Assembly (NCBI GenBank): GCA_046582655.1
Contig: JAYGDX010000259.1
Location: 1-64,000, forward strand
DNA length: 64,000 bases
Source of the DNA: Candidatus Poribacteria bacterium
GTDB lineage: Bacteria; Poribacteria; WGA-4E; UBA9662
Reading direction: 5' to 3'
Below the pieces are notes generated by a model that did not search any database, had not been told where the DNA came from, and saw nothing but the letters and a program-made list of their open reading frames with translations. How positions within the stretch are numbered: the stretch's first letter is position 1; each line of letters opens with the position of its first letter. Made by a program: the position numbers and the translations under genes. Below, piece after piece: positions 62,342 to 64,000 of this stretch.

Positions 62342-63463
62342 ATGGGCAAAATTAGTGTCTTGTATTTGACTTTGTATGGGTCTCGAGTTGGTGGTGGTGA
62401 AGTACAGTATGAGTATTTAATTAAAGGGCTGGATCGGAAAAGATTTCATCCGATTGTCATTTGTCCGAGTCGGGGAGATCTTGTAGAAAGTTTCATTTCA
62501 GAAGGAATCCCAACACATATCCTTAAACTGCCAAGATGGTTGCACATTCAATCGATTCTTACAAAAAGACTCGCAACTCAAAAAATAGTCCGATTTGCAA
62601 GAGAAGCAGACATTGATCTTATTCATTCAGATTACCGGATGAATCCTTATATGCTTGCTGTCCGCCGAGAGCTTTCTATACCAAATGTTTTTCATGTCCG
62701 AAGCAACATGCGTGAAAAACATGCAAAATGTTACTCTCTCAGGCAGGCATCTTCAGCGGTTTCAATTGGCTATAAATATCGAGATGCACTTATTCAGGAT
62801 GGCATGCCGGAAGAGAAAATTGAAGTCATTTTCGATGCCGTCGACATCAGCAAATTTAAGCCGGAAAGATCGAAGACAAACATTCTCGTGCAGGAGTATG
62901 CACCTAATGCCAAAATGTTAGTTGGACTTGTCGGGCGTATTGAATTAGCCAAACGACAACTTGATTTTCTCAGGATTGCAAAAGATATACTTTCATCCGG
63001 TCGAGAAGCACATTTTTTTGTCATTGGTGATATTTATTCTAAGCAATATCTCTATAAGCTAAAAGCTTTTTGTGCCCAAAATGAGCTTAATGCACACGTC
63101 ACCTTTGCGGGACGACGGAACGACATGCCGGCTGTGCTGGCATCCCTCGATTGCTTGGTAACACTTTCAGGTGGATCAGTTATGATTGAAGCCATGGCAT
63201 GTAGCATCCCGGTTATCTTCGCCACTTCAACTGATCCATCAAAATTGCACATTGTACAACATAACGAAACTGGCATTGTTGTACCGGAGACGAGTCTTAA
63301 CTTCGTTACAAAGGCAGTCATTGCTCTGATTGATAATCCGAATTTACGGAGTACATATGGGATTGCTGGGCGTCAACGCGTTGAAACACACTTTAGTGTT
63401 ACCCAGATGATCCAGAAGACAGAAGAGGTATATCAGAAGTTAGTTTCCTCAAAGAACTCGTAA
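62342..63463 (+). CDS. Glycosyltransferase family 4
   Basis: GGGEV, VGRIELAKRQ, FAGRRND, EAMACSIPVI, NETGIVV. Confidence 0.92.
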   Translation: MGKISVLYLTLYGSRVGGGEVQYEYLIKGLDRKRFHPIVICPSRGDLVESFISEGIPTHILKLPRWLHIQSILTKRLATQKIVRFAREADIDLIHSDYRMNPYMLAVRRELSIPNVFHVRSNMREKHAKCYSLRQASSAVSIGYKYRDALIQDGMPEEKIEVIFDAVDISKFKPERSKTNILVQEYAPNAKMLVGLVGRIELAKRQLDFLRIAKDILSSGREAHFFVIGDIYSKQYLYKLKAFCAQNELNAHVTFAGRRNDMPAVLASLDCLVTLSGGSVMIEAMACSIPVIFATSTDPSKLHIVQHNETGIVVPETSLNFVTKAVIALIDNPNLRSTYGIAGRQRVETHFSVTQMIQKTEEVYQKLVSSKNS

Positions 63464-63634
63464 TCAATCACCAAAATGTAGGTAATGGATTAATGATCTC
63501 AGATTTGGCGAACCTACTAGTTGGGTTTTAAGTTTACAAAACGTTAAAATTATACTTCTGTTGCCAGTTAGTTCGATCAAGTGTAGAGGTTTGAAATTAT
63601 TTGGTATTTAATATTAACCTGAGGAGAGAATAGT

Positions 63635-64000
63635 TTGAGAATCTTGAGAATCTTGGCAACCTTAGTTCTTGTGCCTGCAATTTCTTGGGCACAGAATCCT
63701 CTGATTGAAAATGGATCATTTGAGTTTGGTACTGAATCTCCGCAAGGGTGGGGACTTTCAAATGAGGCCTTCGGTAAATGGGAACTTTTTGGTGAAACAG
63801 GAGAACGTTGCATTTCAATTAGGGGGGATGGGAAGCCGGGAGATCTTTCCTTTTGGCGATCTTCAACAAGTTCGATTTTGCCGCACCAAGTTTACCGCTT
63901 GAACTTCTCGGTGAAGGGATCAGCAGAAGCTGACGGTGGGACTGCCGTGGTAGGGTCAAATCTTATAACACGTGATTTAGTTGTCGGAACAGATTGGCAA
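63635..64000 (+). CDS. Secreted protein with CBM4/9-like (galactose-binding-like) domain, 3'-partial
   Basis: GAGGAG SD and TTG start; signal peptide then NPLIENGSFE...PQGW...PHQVYRLNFSVKG...GTDWQ; open to the window end and not in the ORF track. Confidence 0.75.
   Translation, partial: MRILRILATLVLVPAISWAQNPLIENGSFEFGTESPQGWGLSNEAFGKWELFGETGERCISIRGDGKPGDLSFWRSSTSSILPHQVYRLNFSVKGSAEADGGTAVVGSNLITRDLVVGTDWQ

Noticed and set aside
1..64000. CRISPR arrays, tRNA/rRNA, IS elements, integron, prophage; many antisense or nested ORFs in the track
   Set aside because: No spaced repeats, RNA-gene signatures, transposase, integrase or phage gene cluster seen by eye; nested ORFs are shadows of well-supported genes

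Overview
Bacterial chromosomal window of moderate-to-low GC. The gene content (several PhyH dioxygenases, sulfatase and FGE-fold proteins, DUF6785-type transporter, a dockerin plus 'NYPNPFNP' C-terminal-domain protein, flagellar genes) suggests a free-living Candidatus Poribacteria-like organism; this is inference. The left end holds the 3' part of an exceptionally large flagellar cap gene (fliD). It has beta-propeller-like blades and an approximately 710-aa insertion inside the FliD C-terminal domain, carrying two copies of a module I recognise from phage virion proteins. flgM and a frameshifted sigma-70 gene follow. The 4-36 kb region mixes catabolic genes with many decayed genes: RND, PorV-like, sulfatase, Rieske, TIR and WD40-tail, GH31 and TonB-dependent receptor. 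It includes a visibly GC-richer patch with an amidohydrolase-fold gene plus a Rieske ferredoxin. The 38-54 kb region is intact housekeeping: nadD-yacG-yqeK-rsfS-argS, batC-batD, and murD-ftsW-murG-murC-ftsQ-ftsA-ftsZ. The right end has a secreted zincin-FN3-dockerin protein, an oxidoreductase, a lipoprotein, an NYN RNase, a GAF/sigma-54 activator, a GT4 and a partial CBM-like gene. I found no rRNA, tRNA, CRISPR array, integrase, transposase or reverse transcriptase. All calls come from reading motifs by eye; no searches were run.
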